Virus record (IMG/VR): IMGVR_UViG_3300042340_000379
Location: 62,001 to 126,000 of that record
DNA: 64,000 bases
Direction: 5' to 3' (one strand)
The notes under the pieces were generated by a model that had not been told where the DNA came from, made no database searches, and saw only the letters and a list, made by a program, of their open reading frames with translations. Each line of letters starts with the position of its first letter. The stretch's first letter is position 1. Positions 10,230 through 19,799 of the stretch are shown here, one piece after another. A program made the translations under genes and the position numbers.

Positions 10230-10796
10230 ATGACTGACTCAAATTTATATAAGGTTGAAGAATCTTTCGAGCAGCTGCTTAATAAAAAAAAGGCTGAGCT
10301 AACCGCTGAAATGAAAGAAAACCAAAGTTTTGCCATGGAGCTTTGGAATGACGACAAAGTCAAAGTTGATATTATCCCCCAAAAAATAGCTCAACAATAC
10401 CGTTACCTCGGATATGCTTCTTTTAGTACTGTCCGAATAGCTAGGGTTATAGTAAAGCACGACAGTCGGTATACAGTAGACGTAGACATAGAAGGGAACG
10501 ATGAAAATGGAGACTACGCCAACTATAAAGATATAGGCACAATTATTTTAGACTCCGATCAAGCCCAAAAATGTGCTGAAGAGCTATGCAGCAGAGCTAA
10601 ATCAAAAAAGGATATTAAAGATCTGCAAATTCCTTGGGAGTTTTATGTCAAAGACCAGTGGAATGAGTACTTAGATAGCTTAGAACAATACAAAGTCCGC
10701 CAAGAAAAAATTGCAGAGCTAAAAATTACTTCAAACAGCCTGCGCGAACAGCTACGCAAAATAGAAACAGAAATAGAGGAGTTAGATGTTGAATGA
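10230..10796 (+). CDS. Hypothetical protein with C-terminal coiled coil
   Basis: 188-aa ORF in the operon. Confidence 0.65.
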   Translation: MTDSNLYKVEESFEQLLNKKKAELTAEMKENQSFAMELWNDDKVKVDIIPQKIAQQYRYLGYASFSTVRIARVIVKHDSRYTVDVDIEGNDENGDYANYKDIGTIILDSDQAQKCAEELCSRAKSKKDIKDLQIPWEFYVKDQWNEYLDSLEQYKVRQEKIAELKITSNSLREQLRKIETEIEELDVE

Positions 10797-11263
10797 TTCA
10801 ATCTATCAGCCTTGAAAACCTGCAGGCTCTAGTTGATTCCCAAGACGAAGAGCCAGTAGGAAACCTGTTTAGAGTAGACCTCTTGCTTAAACAACATCTA
10901 GAAAAACGGATTAGATGGGGTCTTTACAAACATAAAGACCCTTTCTTTTTTGACTTCTGGTTAATGATGGAGTGGATTACGCTAGAGTATCAGCGACTTG
11001 TGCCAGGCTTAACAGAGAGGCTGTACAGAGAGACCTTCTTAGGACTCAACACACTAGAGCCAGTCCTTGACTACATCACTCGCTACCACACGCTAGCGTT
11101 TAATCCTGAAGTCAAGCTCGACCTTGAAGAGCATATTCCCTACTACACGTTCTACGTCAACCAACTAAGACCTCATCTTTGGGATTCCCTCAAAGATGAA
11201 TTAAAAATCTACAGCTCTACTGTGTTTGGTATGATAGCGCCTGAAGGAAAACCACCGTTTTAG
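10793..11263 (+). CDS. Hypothetical protein
   Basis: ATGA-coupled ORF. Confidence 0.65.
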   Translation: MIQSISLENLQALVDSQDEEPVGNLFRVDLLLKQHLEKRIRWGLYKHKDPFFFDFWLMMEWITLEYQRLVPGLTERLYRETFLGLNTLEPVLDYITRYHTLAFNPEVKLDLEEHIPYYTFYVNQLRPHLWDSLKDELKIYSSTVFGMIAPEGKPPF

Positions 11264-11295
11264 CTTAGAATAGGGTCAACTTTCTATATAAGCAG

Positions 11296-11820
11296 ATGAT
11301 CCTATTCGGAATTGACCCTAGCCTAAGCTCAACTGGGTTAGCTATATTTGACACTGAAAAACTGACCCTTCAAATGGGTGCCCTACCTACCACGGACAAA
11401 AAGAAGTTTAACACCCAAGACAATTTTCAGCGCATGGCTTGGGTAGAAAGTATGATTGACACCTTAATCCTGTCCTATGAACCGAGCATGCTGTTCTTTG
11501 AAGAGCTAATGCAGCGCCCTCTTGGAATCCCTGGGATTAAGATAGACCTTCTTCTGAAGTACAATCTTCTCTACAAAAAATACAACATACCGTTTGAAAC
11601 TATTCCTTGTAGCCGAGATAAGTCATGGTTCAAAATCCTGGGCGCAAAAAGCACTAAGGATAAGTTTGCAGAAGTAATCCAACCCTACTGCAGTTTTACA
11701 ATTACAAAGAAAGATTATGACGCGACAGATGCGACAGGCGTTGTCTTAGCAGGCGCTAAGAATAAAAACTGCTTTGACGGCGACTTGTCTAAATTAACGT
11801 TTACCAAGGAAGTGTTTTAG
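11296..11820 (+). CDS. RuvC-like Holliday junction resolvase
   Basis: GIDPSLSSTGLA, FFEE, DATDA acidic motifs. Confidence 0.8.
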   Translation: MILFGIDPSLSSTGLAIFDTEKLTLQMGALPTTDKKKFNTQDNFQRMAWVESMIDTLILSYEPSMLFFEELMQRPLGIPGIKIDLLLKYNLLYKKYNIPFETIPCSRDKSWFKILGAKSTKDKFAEVIQPYCSFTITKKDYDATDATGVVLAGAKNKNCFDGDLSKLTFTKEVF

Positions 11821-12006
11821 ATGAAGCTACAAGTTCAACGGAAGTTTAACGAGGCGATAGAGATTATAGACCTCGATCTTGACCCTAACAGCAAAATACC
11901 AGTAGGGAACAGCTCGAAAAAAGCCCTCTATCTGAGTAGAGGCGAAGCTATCTACATCCCTGGACAGCAGGATGTAATCCCTTGGACAGTCAAAAAGATT
12001 GGCTAG
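11821..12006 (+). CDS. Hypothetical protein
   Basis: ATG directly after the previous stop. Confidence 0.5.
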   Translation: MKLQVQRKFNEAIEIIDLDLDPNSKIPVGNSSKKALYLSRGEAIYIPGQQDVIPWTVKKIG

Positions 12007-12068
12007 GTCGAACGGTTCCCATAACTTAAATTTTTGTAGCATACAAAAAAGCTATCCCCTAACTCCGC

Positions 12069-12770
12069 ATGTTAATTGAATCAAACGCTCAAACTTACCT
12101 TAAGAAATCTCCAGTTCAAGCCTCTGAGTTAGAACCCTCTCAACTCCACATACTGGAAAAGGGCACCCGACTTACAGTTAAGGCAATTGCTAAAAAAGAA
12201 ACCAGCGGGCACATATTCATTACACTAGACGGCCAATTCAAAGGATTCAATAGCTGGTACATCTACCCACCACACTGGATTAGTGATGAAGGCATTCATC
12301 CTAGCCATGAAGAACCTAAACTAATTCTCCCTGAAAATAAAGGGATTCTAATTGAGATCCCAGGATTAGGGGCTAGATATACAGGCAACCCGATTGATGG
12401 ATGCCCTAACTTTTTGTGGGGAGAAGCAACCGCTAACGGCACGCGCATTCCTGAAAGCCCTGCAATTGCAAACAATATTCTCAAATCAGCAAAAGTGCTA
12501 GAGAATATTCGCTCTGACTACAATGACCGACCTGTAAAAGTTAATAGCTGGTACAGAGATCCGGAGACTAACCGAAGGATAGGCGGGGCATCTCAATCAC
12601 AGCACCTTTCAGGTGGGGCAATCGATTTCAACATTGCTGGCATTAGTCCTTGGGATATTTACGCCCGGTATAACCCAACTTGGACTGGTGGCCTAGCTGC
12701 GGTAGACCGTGGCAGCTACCGTTTTTGTCACATTGATATTCGACCAATTAAATCCCGGTGGAGCTACTAA
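12069..12770 (+). CDS. Peptidase M15A (Zn peptidoglycan peptidase, endolysin candidate)
   Basis: SWYR...N..IGGA..SQH..G.AID and HID Zn ligands; cyanobacterial-type N-terminal domain (TYLKKSPVQASEL). Confidence 0.85.
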   Translation: MLIESNAQTYLKKSPVQASELEPSQLHILEKGTRLTVKAIAKKETSGHIFITLDGQFKGFNSWYIYPPHWISDEGIHPSHEEPKLILPENKGILIEIPGLGARYTGNPIDGCPNFLWGEATANGTRIPESPAIANNILKSAKVLENIRSDYNDRPVKVNSWYRDPETNRRIGGASQSQHLSGGAIDFNIAGISPWDIYARYNPTWTGGLAAVDRGSYRFCHIDIRPIKSRWSY

Positions 12771-12794
12771 GCTTCTGTTTTACCTAATCGACGG

Positions 12795-12837
12795 GAAGCC
12801 TACGCTTATTGGCTAGACAATCAAGCGTAGGTTTCTT
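12795..12837 (+). terminator. Long hairpin, terminator-like
   Basis: GAAGCCTACGCTT...AAGCGTAGGTTTC inverted repeat downstream of the M15 gene; weak T tail. Confidence 0.55.
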
Positions 12838-12922
12838 ACAAGCCACCTAAAAGAAAAATGCAATAAATCATTTACTTCTATAAAGAGGTAAGCTAGAGTA
12901 TAGACACTCTGGTCAATTTCTG

Positions 12923-14044
12923 ATGCAAAAAAGAGAATACCTCTCATTTTCAAGCCTGGAACTGTTTGGCAAATGTCAAACAGCGTATAAGCATAAATAT
13001 CTAGACGAGACCCAAGGGCATGAGACGATACAGCAGCCATTAATCCTTGGCTCTCTCATGCACGTTCTTCTAGAATACAGACTGCGGGATCTTCTCTCTA
13101 TTGATGATGCTCTCCAACTCTGTGCGGCGACTTGGGTAGAAAGCAACTGCGGTCTAAAAGTCGCGGATAGCGAAGAGAGGATGAACGCTGGAAAAGGCAT
13201 TTACCTGCCAGCCTTAATCAACTATGCCTGGGAAGTCTCTGGACTATTGCTTCGATGTGCCCCTAACTATAGAGGCAAAGACGCAATTAGAAATCAAGAT
13301 GGAACTCCCCCAAAAGATCCCATTGCATTTCCATCCAAAGCGTGGAAAGAAGCCTACTCAGAATTAGAAGTTTCGGAAGATAGGTACATGATCGATATCA
13401 TTGCCACCCAGTTAAACCCAGACTTCAAAGCGCTCTCTTTAGCTAACATTGCAGCATGGGCTGTAATGATGGCCCGCAACTTTAAGAAACCGAAGGAGGT
13501 GATGACCGTTGGTGTAGAAGATGAGTTCGGTAAAGAAAATCCTGTGTACACTGAAGGGTATTGGTGGAAAGGAGCAAAAGACTGGACAGCTGACCTACCT
13601 GAAGGTTTAGTCCCTGGAGTAGATGGGAAAGCTCGAGCGATCTTTGACCACAAGTCAGGGAAAAAAGAATTTGCAAAGGTTGCTATTCGTCAGCATCCTC
13701 AGTTAAATCTTTATGCTTGGCTTGAATACGAAACAACCGGACGACTACCTGATGTTATTGGCATCTCTCAGCCTTACTTTGGGCGACTTACCTATGAACC
13801 TGTAAATATCGACAATGTGTTTAGGGTAAAAGAATGGGTCACTAACCAAGCTAAAACTCTAAACGCCGCGATCGAGACAGAGACTTTCTCTCAACATCAC
13901 CCAAATGAATACAATAGCCCTTGTATTAATGGGGATTGGAAGACAGGATTAATCAATAGTAGCTGCCCTTACCTGGCTCATTGCTGGCCTGGCTATGCCG
14001 CCGACCTTTCTGAGTTTGAAGGCATTGAGATTCAAGCGCATTAA
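12923..14044 (+). CDS. PD-(D/E)XK RecB/Cas4-like exonuclease
   Basis: SFSSL...C, GSLMH..LE, IFDHKSG, QLNLYA, C-terminal C...CPY...C. Confidence 0.8.
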   Translation: MQKREYLSFSSLELFGKCQTAYKHKYLDETQGHETIQQPLILGSLMHVLLEYRLRDLLSIDDALQLCAATWVESNCGLKVADSEERMNAGKGIYLPALINYAWEVSGLLLRCAPNYRGKDAIRNQDGTPPKDPIAFPSKAWKEAYSELEVSEDRYMIDIIATQLNPDFKALSLANIAAWAVMMARNFKKPKEVMTVGVEDEFGKENPVYTEGYWWKGAKDWTADLPEGLVPGVDGKARAIFDHKSGKKEFAKVAIRQHPQLNLYAWLEYETTGRLPDVIGISQPYFGRLTYEPVNIDNVFRVKEWVTNQAKTLNAAIETETFSQHHPNEYNSPCINGDWKTGLINSSCPYLAHCWPGYAADLSEFEGIEIQAH

Positions 14045-14088
14045 AAACCCCAACTGTTCAGCTGATTGTTCTATACACATCAGCACAA

Positions 14089-14364
14089 ATGAATCACGAA
14101 TGGAATCAAAGCGGGCTTCTTCGCCTGCTCACGTTTAAGAAGCCAATCACCCGCGCCATGGCTAACGCCATTGTTCAGGAAGTATTTGACTTCATTGCAG
14201 TTGGATTAATTCTTGGTAGGGGCCCTGTGTCCTTACCGAGACTAGGTCAATTCACAATTGAGAATGGTGAAATCAAATTTAGCCCTTCAGCTCATCTTAC
14301 AAATTTAGTTCAAGCAGGCCACCGGAATCCTCGCTCACTAAAGGAATCCACTACCAATGGCTAA
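14089..14364 (+). CDS. HU/IHF-like DNA-binding protein
   Basis: A.AIV..VFD.I...L..G..VSLPRLGQF...IKFSPS..L pattern with a shortened arm. Confidence 0.65.
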   Translation: MNHEWNQSGLLRLLTFKKPITRAMANAIVQEVFDFIAVGLILGRGPVSLPRLGQFTIENGEIKFSPSAHLTNLVQAGHRNPRSLKESTTNG

Positions 14365-15265
14365 AGTTTGTACAGTACAAAAAAAGAAAACACCAAGCTA
14401 TGAAGTTCGGGATATTCAGTTTGCTGAGCCGCCATTAGCGCTGACAGAAGAGGAAGCTGAAAAGCAAGCAGCTAGGATCATTAAAGATTTTCTTGACCCG
14501 GTTAAAAGCAAAAAGTTAGATAGCCGGTGTAATCGACCTGATGCTATTCGAAAGGAGTTTCTTAAATACCTCCGCGCAGGCTTTGGGTATCAAGAAGACT
14601 TTAAGCACCCGATTTTAGACGAAACGTTCTCTAATCAGCTAGTCCATCAAAAGTTGTTTGAGCTAAAGAATCATTTCGCGCTCAAGGAAAGTAGTCAAAG
14701 CAGCCGACTGTCAAGTCACACAATAGCCAGGTCGTGTTCTTCTGCTGATGTGAGAAACGCTTTCTTAAACTACCTAAAGATTGAGTTTCCAACAGGTGCG
14801 GATTGGAGAAACCCTCTTACTAACAGGACGTACACTAGTATTGAGATTCGCACCACGCTCAAGCACTATCAAGAAGCGTATAACGGAATCAGCTCCTTAC
14901 ATTACAAGTCTCTGTGGTGTCTCTTTACAACCCAAGCCAGCCGAGCCTTCATCGCTAATAACTTTGGGTTTGAAGATAACTCAGTCCTTCGGCTTTGGCA
15001 TGACGCTGTTGATGGAGTCATAGTGCTTTTGGAATACAAAGACTTAAATCCAAATGAGGGGGGCAGCTATCATAAAGACTATCATGCACTCTGGTGTCTA
15101 ATCTCAACTCGAACCACGCGATCGCAGGCGTCAGAATACTTTAATCTGTCAGACTCTTCCATAAAACGACTGTGGAATGACCTGATTGACCCCGTGCTGC
15201 TAACCCTCGCCTACCCAGAATTAAGCATAGAGAAAGCGATGGGTATGTATAGAAATCGGGGTTGA
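14357..15265 (+). CDS. Putative transcription regulator with A-A-B-B internal duplication (B is HTH-like)
   Basis: Two copies of D.R..FL.YL...F....D...P....T and two copies of Y..LWCL..T...R......F...D.S..RLW.D..D.V...L.Y..L. Confidence 0.55.
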   Translation: MAKVCTVQKKKTPSYEVRDIQFAEPPLALTEEEAEKQAARIIKDFLDPVKSKKLDSRCNRPDAIRKEFLKYLRAGFGYQEDFKHPILDETFSNQLVHQKLFELKNHFALKESSQSSRLSSHTIARSCSSADVRNAFLNYLKIEFPTGADWRNPLTNRTYTSIEIRTTLKHYQEAYNGISSLHYKSLWCLFTTQASRAFIANNFGFEDNSVLRLWHDAVDGVIVLLEYKDLNPNEGGSYHKDYHALWCLISTRTTRSQASEYFNLSDSSIKRLWNDLIDPVLLTLAYPELSIEKAMGMYRNRG

Positions 15266-15334
15266 GCTACAATAACAATGAATCGTTACCTAAGCGGCGG
15301 GAGAACCTGTCGCTTTTTATATAGGACAAAAATT

Positions 15335-15580
15335 ATGTCAAGACATCCTTATACTTACTCAGCAGATTACATCGCCCATTTTGGGGGCTACGATAAGAAC
15401 GGAATTCAAATAAGCAGGTTCCAAGCGTCTCAAATCCGACAAGGAATTGCAAAAGCGCTTGGTATACCAGATGAAGAGCTAGCTGAAAAACTATCAACGT
15501 ATTACCAAGAAAATATGGATGAACTTTCTCAAGAAGCAGCAAAGCAGCTCTTAAAAGCAATTGGCCTAAATCTTAACTAG
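15335..15580 (+). CDS. Hypothetical phage protein
   Basis: ATG at 15335 follows an AGGA RBS (track start 15278). Confidence 0.65.
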   Translation: MSRHPYTYSADYIAHFGGYDKNGIQISRFQASQIRQGIAKALGIPDEELAEKLSTYYQENMDELSQEAAKQLLKAIGLNLN

Positions 15581-15655
15581 AAAACCCATGAGCGCTATCG
15601 CGGATCTAGAATGAGAGATAGCCGAATCTCTTTTTGTATGCCTATAGGAAAAACC

Positions 15656-15799
15656 ATGAAAGCATTCCACGGAACATCTGCAGACAATCTTGAAAGTATT
15701 TTAAAAATAGGTTTGCGCCCTGACAAAAAGCCAAACTGAACTACTTCTAAGGCTGAGTTGAGCACCAAAGCAAGCGTCTCCTTGGAGACAATAGCGTAG
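15656..15799 (+). pseudogene. Remnant of an ADP-ribosyltransferase-fold (HGT motif) gene
   Basis: AGGA RBS, then MKAFHGTSADNLESILKIGLRPDKKPN-TGA(15737)-TTSK...; truncated. Confidence 0.5.
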
Positions 15800-15814
15800 T
15801 AAGCTATTGAAAAC

Positions 15815-16513
15815 ATGGAAACAGAGAATCAAGCATTAGAGCATGCTTCTCAGGCGCTCGGCGTTCTAGAGCAGCTAGCTATAACTCACAGGGATATGGA
15901 AGATACTGTCCGAAGTATCCCTGCAACCTATAGAGTAAGCTTTGACCCAATCCTCGAGCGCTTCAAACTTCTAATCGAAGTGCTTGAGGAAGATGACGAG
16001 CTGGTGCCAGAGCTGGTTAAAGGCCGAAGACTCGGAGATGTCGCCAGCTCTAAAATCGAAAGGTTAAAGATTGGCAAACAAATTATACGGCTTAGAGAAG
16101 TTGAAGGTCAGACCTACCAACAGATTGCTGAGCGCATGAATATAGAGGCTACCACTGTCTCTAAGTTCTGCAAATTCTATGACAGTCAGAAGCCAGCCGT
16201 GCGCTCTCGCTATCAGCGCACGAGTATCTTTGATACAAGCCAGAATTTTGAAAATCTGGGTGCTATGATTTATAGATGCCTAGGAAACCTCGAAAACCTA
16301 GACCCTGAGAATCACGTCAAGTACATCTCAGAGTTAAGGCAGACCATCGGGGCCGCGCAGAAGTGGATGGAGCAAGTTAGCTCCCACCACAAGTATGACA
16401 TTCTCAAACAGGCGATCATAGACATTCTCTACGACGAGCTGCCTGAAAAGCGAGAAGCTATCATCAAGAGGTTCCAATCCGTTGGGGCCGCTCAAGTTCT
16501 CACGGGAAGTTAA
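15815..16513 (+). CDS. HTH DNA-binding protein (terminase small subunit is one possibility)
   Basis: GQTYQQIAERMNIEATTVSKF HTH followed by a helical C-terminus. Confidence 0.5.
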   Translation: METENQALEHASQALGVLEQLAITHRDMEDTVRSIPATYRVSFDPILERFKLLIEVLEEDDELVPELVKGRRLGDVASSKIERLKIGKQIIRLREVEGQTYQQIAERMNIEATTVSKFCKFYDSQKPAVRSRYQRTSIFDTSQNFENLGAMIYRCLGNLENLDPENHVKYISELRQTIGAAQKWMEQVSSHHKYDILKQAIIDILYDELPEKREAIIKRFQSVGAAQVLTGS

Positions 16514-16523
16514 TTCTATATAA

Positions 16524-18932
16524 ATGCAAACAGATAACATGAGCCAAGCTATACAAGTTCCATATATTTCTCAAAAAGATATCCAGGAAGCATCTGTAGT
16601 CCATGAATTCCCAAAGTTTGGCCCTTTAGGCAGTGTTGTTGACTTGCGTACTTATCGACGTTGGTCAGATACAGACAACCGCCGCGAGAGTTTCTGGGAA
16701 CGGAATGCTCGCGTAGCTAACTATAATGCATCTCTTGCGTCAAAGCTCGATCGTCATGTAGAGCAAGATGCTAGAAAAGTATTTGATTTTATGAATCAAT
16801 TTCTAGCCTTTCCAAGTGGAAGAACAATGTGGGTTGGTGGAACAAAAGTCTCAGATGCCCACCCAGCTGCAAATTTCAATTGCAGTGCCCTCGCAATTAA
16901 CCGACTAGGTGCGTTTACAACCCTGTTTGAACTTCTTATGTTAGGAACAGGAGTCGGTTATAGAGTATTCTCTTCTGACATTAGCCAACTACCCAGCATA
17001 AAAGGGTACCCTAATTTGGTTCTTGAGGATTACGCTCCACTTAAAAAATCGAGCCGACAGCAAGAAACAACACAGCACCAAAACTCAGAAGAAGAAACAA
17101 TTTATGTGACTGTAGGGGACTCAAGGCGAGGCTGGATTCAGTCTGTTGAAATTCTACTCAATGTCTGGTTTGGAATTGATGAGAGTACAGAAAGGCCCAT
17201 TAAAAGAATCTCATTTAACCTAAATTCAATCAGACCCATGGGCGAGAGAATCCAAGGTTTTGGAGGAACTGCTTCCGGCCCAGAAGCTCTTGGAACTATT
17301 CTTACAAATATCCAAGATATTCTAAAAGAGTGCCCAACAAATAGACTCCGCAGTATTGACTGCATGGACATCTGTGACTGCATTGCTAAAGGCGTAGTTG
17401 CCGGTTCCTCACGGCGGTCAGCTCTGATCTGCCTATTTGAAGAAGGAGATGATTTGTGCGCCCACGCAAAACGGGGCCTATATAGCAATCCTGAAATGCA
17501 GAAGAAGCTGTATAGAAATCAATCTAATAACACAGAATGTGTTGGTAGTTCAAGGCTTCCAGCTTTTAGAGAGTTTCTAGAAAACAATCCTGACGCAGAC
17601 TGGTTCGATATAAAAAGTTTTATTGGGAAGCATCGCCCATCTATTGAATGGCTCAAAGATAGATTTGAAGTTGTAAAAGCAGAAGGAGAGCCTGGCTTTA
17701 ACAGCATTCTTATGATGGCAGCTAAGCGTTGGAAAGCAGTTAGAGAACACAGACCTGATTGCCCCGTAGAAGAAATCTGGGTTCGCTACTGTAATGTAGT
17801 CACAAACCCATGTCATGAGATTGTTTTATCAGCAGGGTACAGTGAAAAATTAGAGGACTGCGGAAAAGGAGTCTCCTTCTGTAACCTAACAACAATCCCT
17901 CTTCAAAATTACGTTGTAGATAAAAAGCTTCAAAAAGATCTTCTTAAAGAAGCAATCGAACTATGTGTTCGTATAGGGTTACGGCAAACCTGTGTCACCA
18001 TGCCAACTCAAGAACTCAACGAAACTCAAGCAGAAGAAAGGCTACTTGGAGTTAGCGCAACTGGCTGGAGAATGATGTTTGACCTCCTTGGCTGGACAAC
18101 AACATCAGGGGAAGTCAAAGATCTTCAAGCAGATATGAGAGCTTGGGCAAATAATGAAGCTACTCGGTATGCTTTAGAGTTGGGTGTTCCCAGGCCTCTG
18201 CTTGTCACATGTATTAAACCTGAAGGAACGTCTTCAAAAGTATTTGGCTCTACTGATGGTCTCCACTGGGATTGGGCAGAATACTATATTCGGCGCATTC
18301 AAATGTCTACAACTGATGCGTTAGCAAAAACTCTTAAAGCCCAGGGTTTCCCATGGAATCCTAAAGACTACGACATCAATTACCTAATTAAGCCTGAGAG
18401 TAAGCTAAACACTTGGCAAAAGATCGAAGTATTCAATGCGCTTTCTAACAAAGAAAAAGATGACATTTTTGAGCAATCAATGGCAGTTACATTTGATTTT
18501 CCGATTAAGTCACCAGCAAAGATAGCAAGTAGTTCTGTTTCTGCTATTGAGCAGCTAGAGAACATGCTCTCATTCTCAACTTGGTACACTGACCACATGC
18601 CATCCTCAACTATAACGGTGAAGGCTAATGAGTGGGATGGTGTAGCTAACTGGATTCACAACAATTGGACAGAGTACACGACCACGTCCATGTTCTCATA
18701 CTATAACGAGGCTCATCCTCTTCTACCGTATGAAGACATTACCAAGGAAGAGTACTACCAAATGCTGACTCAATTCAAGGAGAAATACAAACACCAATTC
18801 TCTGATGGACGAGTAACCTTTATGGTAGACGAAACACTGTTAGCCCAGAAAGAATACGAGGATGTTCTTAAAGGGCTAGACATTGATGAGTTATTAGATG
18901 CTGGGTGCTCTGTTGGATGTCCCATTCGATAA
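16524..18932 (+). CDS. nrdJ: Class II adenosylcobalamin-dependent ribonucleotide reductase (RTPR-like)
   Basis: FNCS, TNPCHEI, FCNL, KPEGTSS and C-terminal redox pair CSVGCPIR; no beta-subunit gene adjacent. Confidence 0.9.
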   Translation: MQTDNMSQAIQVPYISQKDIQEASVVHEFPKFGPLGSVVDLRTYRRWSDTDNRRESFWERNARVANYNASLASKLDRHVEQDARKVFDFMNQFLAFPSGRTMWVGGTKVSDAHPAANFNCSALAINRLGAFTTLFELLMLGTGVGYRVFSSDISQLPSIKGYPNLVLEDYAPLKKSSRQQETTQHQNSEEETIYVTVGDSRRGWIQSVEILLNVWFGIDESTERPIKRISFNLNSIRPMGERIQGFGGTASGPEALGTILTNIQDILKECPTNRLRSIDCMDICDCIAKGVVAGSSRRSALICLFEEGDDLCAHAKRGLYSNPEMQKKLYRNQSNNTECVGSSRLPAFREFLENNPDADWFDIKSFIGKHRPSIEWLKDRFEVVKAEGEPGFNSILMMAAKRWKAVREHRPDCPVEEIWVRYCNVVTNPCHEIVLSAGYSEKLEDCGKGVSFCNLTTIPLQNYVVDKKLQKDLLKEAIELCVRIGLRQTCVTMPTQELNETQAEERLLGVSATGWRMMFDLLGWTTTSGEVKDLQADMRAWANNEATRYALELGVPRPLLVTCIKPEGTSSKVFGSTDGLHWDWAEYYIRRIQMSTTDALAKTLKAQGFPWNPKDYDINYLIKPESKLNTWQKIEVFNALSNKEKDDIFEQSMAVTFDFPIKSPAKIASSSVSAIEQLENMLSFSTWYTDHMPSSTITVKANEWDGVANWIHNNWTEYTTTSMFSYYNEAHPLLPYEDITKEEYYQMLTQFKEKYKHQFSDGRVTFMVDETLLAQKEYEDVLKGLDIDELLDAGCSVGCPIR

Positions 18933-19189
18933 AAGCTAGTTACACAAACTGGGAAGGAAGAACGTCTAAGCGAACTTTCCTTCCCATCCTTTTCTACTGG
19001 GGAGCTACAAAATGGCACCCCAGTTTTCAACTTCTCATAGTGGCCTACGACTATGAGAAAAAATCCGTCCGAACATTTGCCCTAAGAGACTTTCATGGAA
19101 TTAAGAGAATCAACCCCGCGTATCACATCAGGCTACTGCGAAGGATCTGGAAAGAAAAAGCCAGGTTACTCAGAAATTCTAAAGGGTGA
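18917..19189 (+). CDS. Stand-alone WYL-like domain protein
   Basis: YTNWEG..SKR...P...YWG.TKWHP..Q.L..AYD.EK..VRTFAL.D pattern. Confidence 0.6.
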   Translation: MSHSIKASYTNWEGRTSKRTFLPILFYWGATKWHPSFQLLIVAYDYEKKSVRTFALRDFHGIKRINPAYHIRLLRRIWKEKARLLRNSKG

Positions 19190-19796
19190 GCAGCTTCCTA
19201 AATCCGACCCAGCTTGCAAGCTTCAGTCTCTCGGCTGGAAAGTCGCAATCCTTTCTGCCCGCTGTGTGGCTGAGATGCCAATACCAGATGCAGAAGCTAG
19301 TCACTTTCTAACTTGGATTAACAGCAACTTCTTCTCGCTAGGAGCATACGCTTTTAATAAAGGGAATACAGACCATAGAGTATTTCCCACTAACTGCGTA
19401 CAGCAACTGGAAGCCGAAGTTCAAAGAATGAAAACCTTCATTACTCGTGAGACAGGCCGAGCAGCAACAGACTTCATTAGACTCAAATCTTCTTATGGTC
19501 TTCTTGTAGAAGAAACCCAGCTAACCGTTAGGGAAACAGAGGCAGAGTTTGTAAGCTGGATGTACGACATCCGAATCGTGTCAGATTTTTACAGTCATCT
19601 AGATAAAGATAGTGAAAGCGCGTTTGTTCGCTACAAACGAATGCGAACCCTTGGTGACTTTCTAAACAGGCTGTCTACCTACCTGTTCTGGATGAATCAG
19701 TATCACGCTCTTCTATTTCAAATAGCTGAAGGACTTCCATTTGAGTACGCTGAGTGGAAATCGAATATTGAAGTCGGCCTTTTATTTCCTGAATAA
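19095..19796 (+). CDS. PduO/MMAB-type cob(I)alamin adenosyltransferase-like protein
   Basis: G.SEIL.GEQLPKSDP, TVRETE and FLNRLSTYLF match PduO motifs (G..V.K.D.R; V.RRAER; YLNRLSD.LF); next to nrdJ. Confidence 0.7.
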   Translation: MELRESTPRITSGYCEGSGKKKPGYSEILKGEQLPKSDPACKLQSLGWKVAILSARCVAEMPIPDAEASHFLTWINSNFFSLGAYAFNKGNTDHRVFPTNCVQQLEAEVQRMKTFITRETGRAATDFIRLKSSYGLLVEETQLTVRETEAEFVSWMYDIRIVSDFYSHLDKDSESAFVRYKRMRTLGDFLNRLSTYLFWMNQYHALLFQIAEGLPFEYAEWKSNIEVGLLFPE

Positions 19797-19799
19797 CCT

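Noticed and set aside
12923-14044. Cas4-like nuclease as a sign of a CRISPR system
   Set aside because: No repeat-spacer array or other cas genes are seen in the window; solo RecB/Cas4-like nucleases are common in phages.
14357-15580. Readthrough fusion across TGA 15263-15265 into the next in-frame ORF
   Set aside because: The downstream gene has its own -10-like box, RBS and ATG at 15335; the shared frame is plausible by chance.
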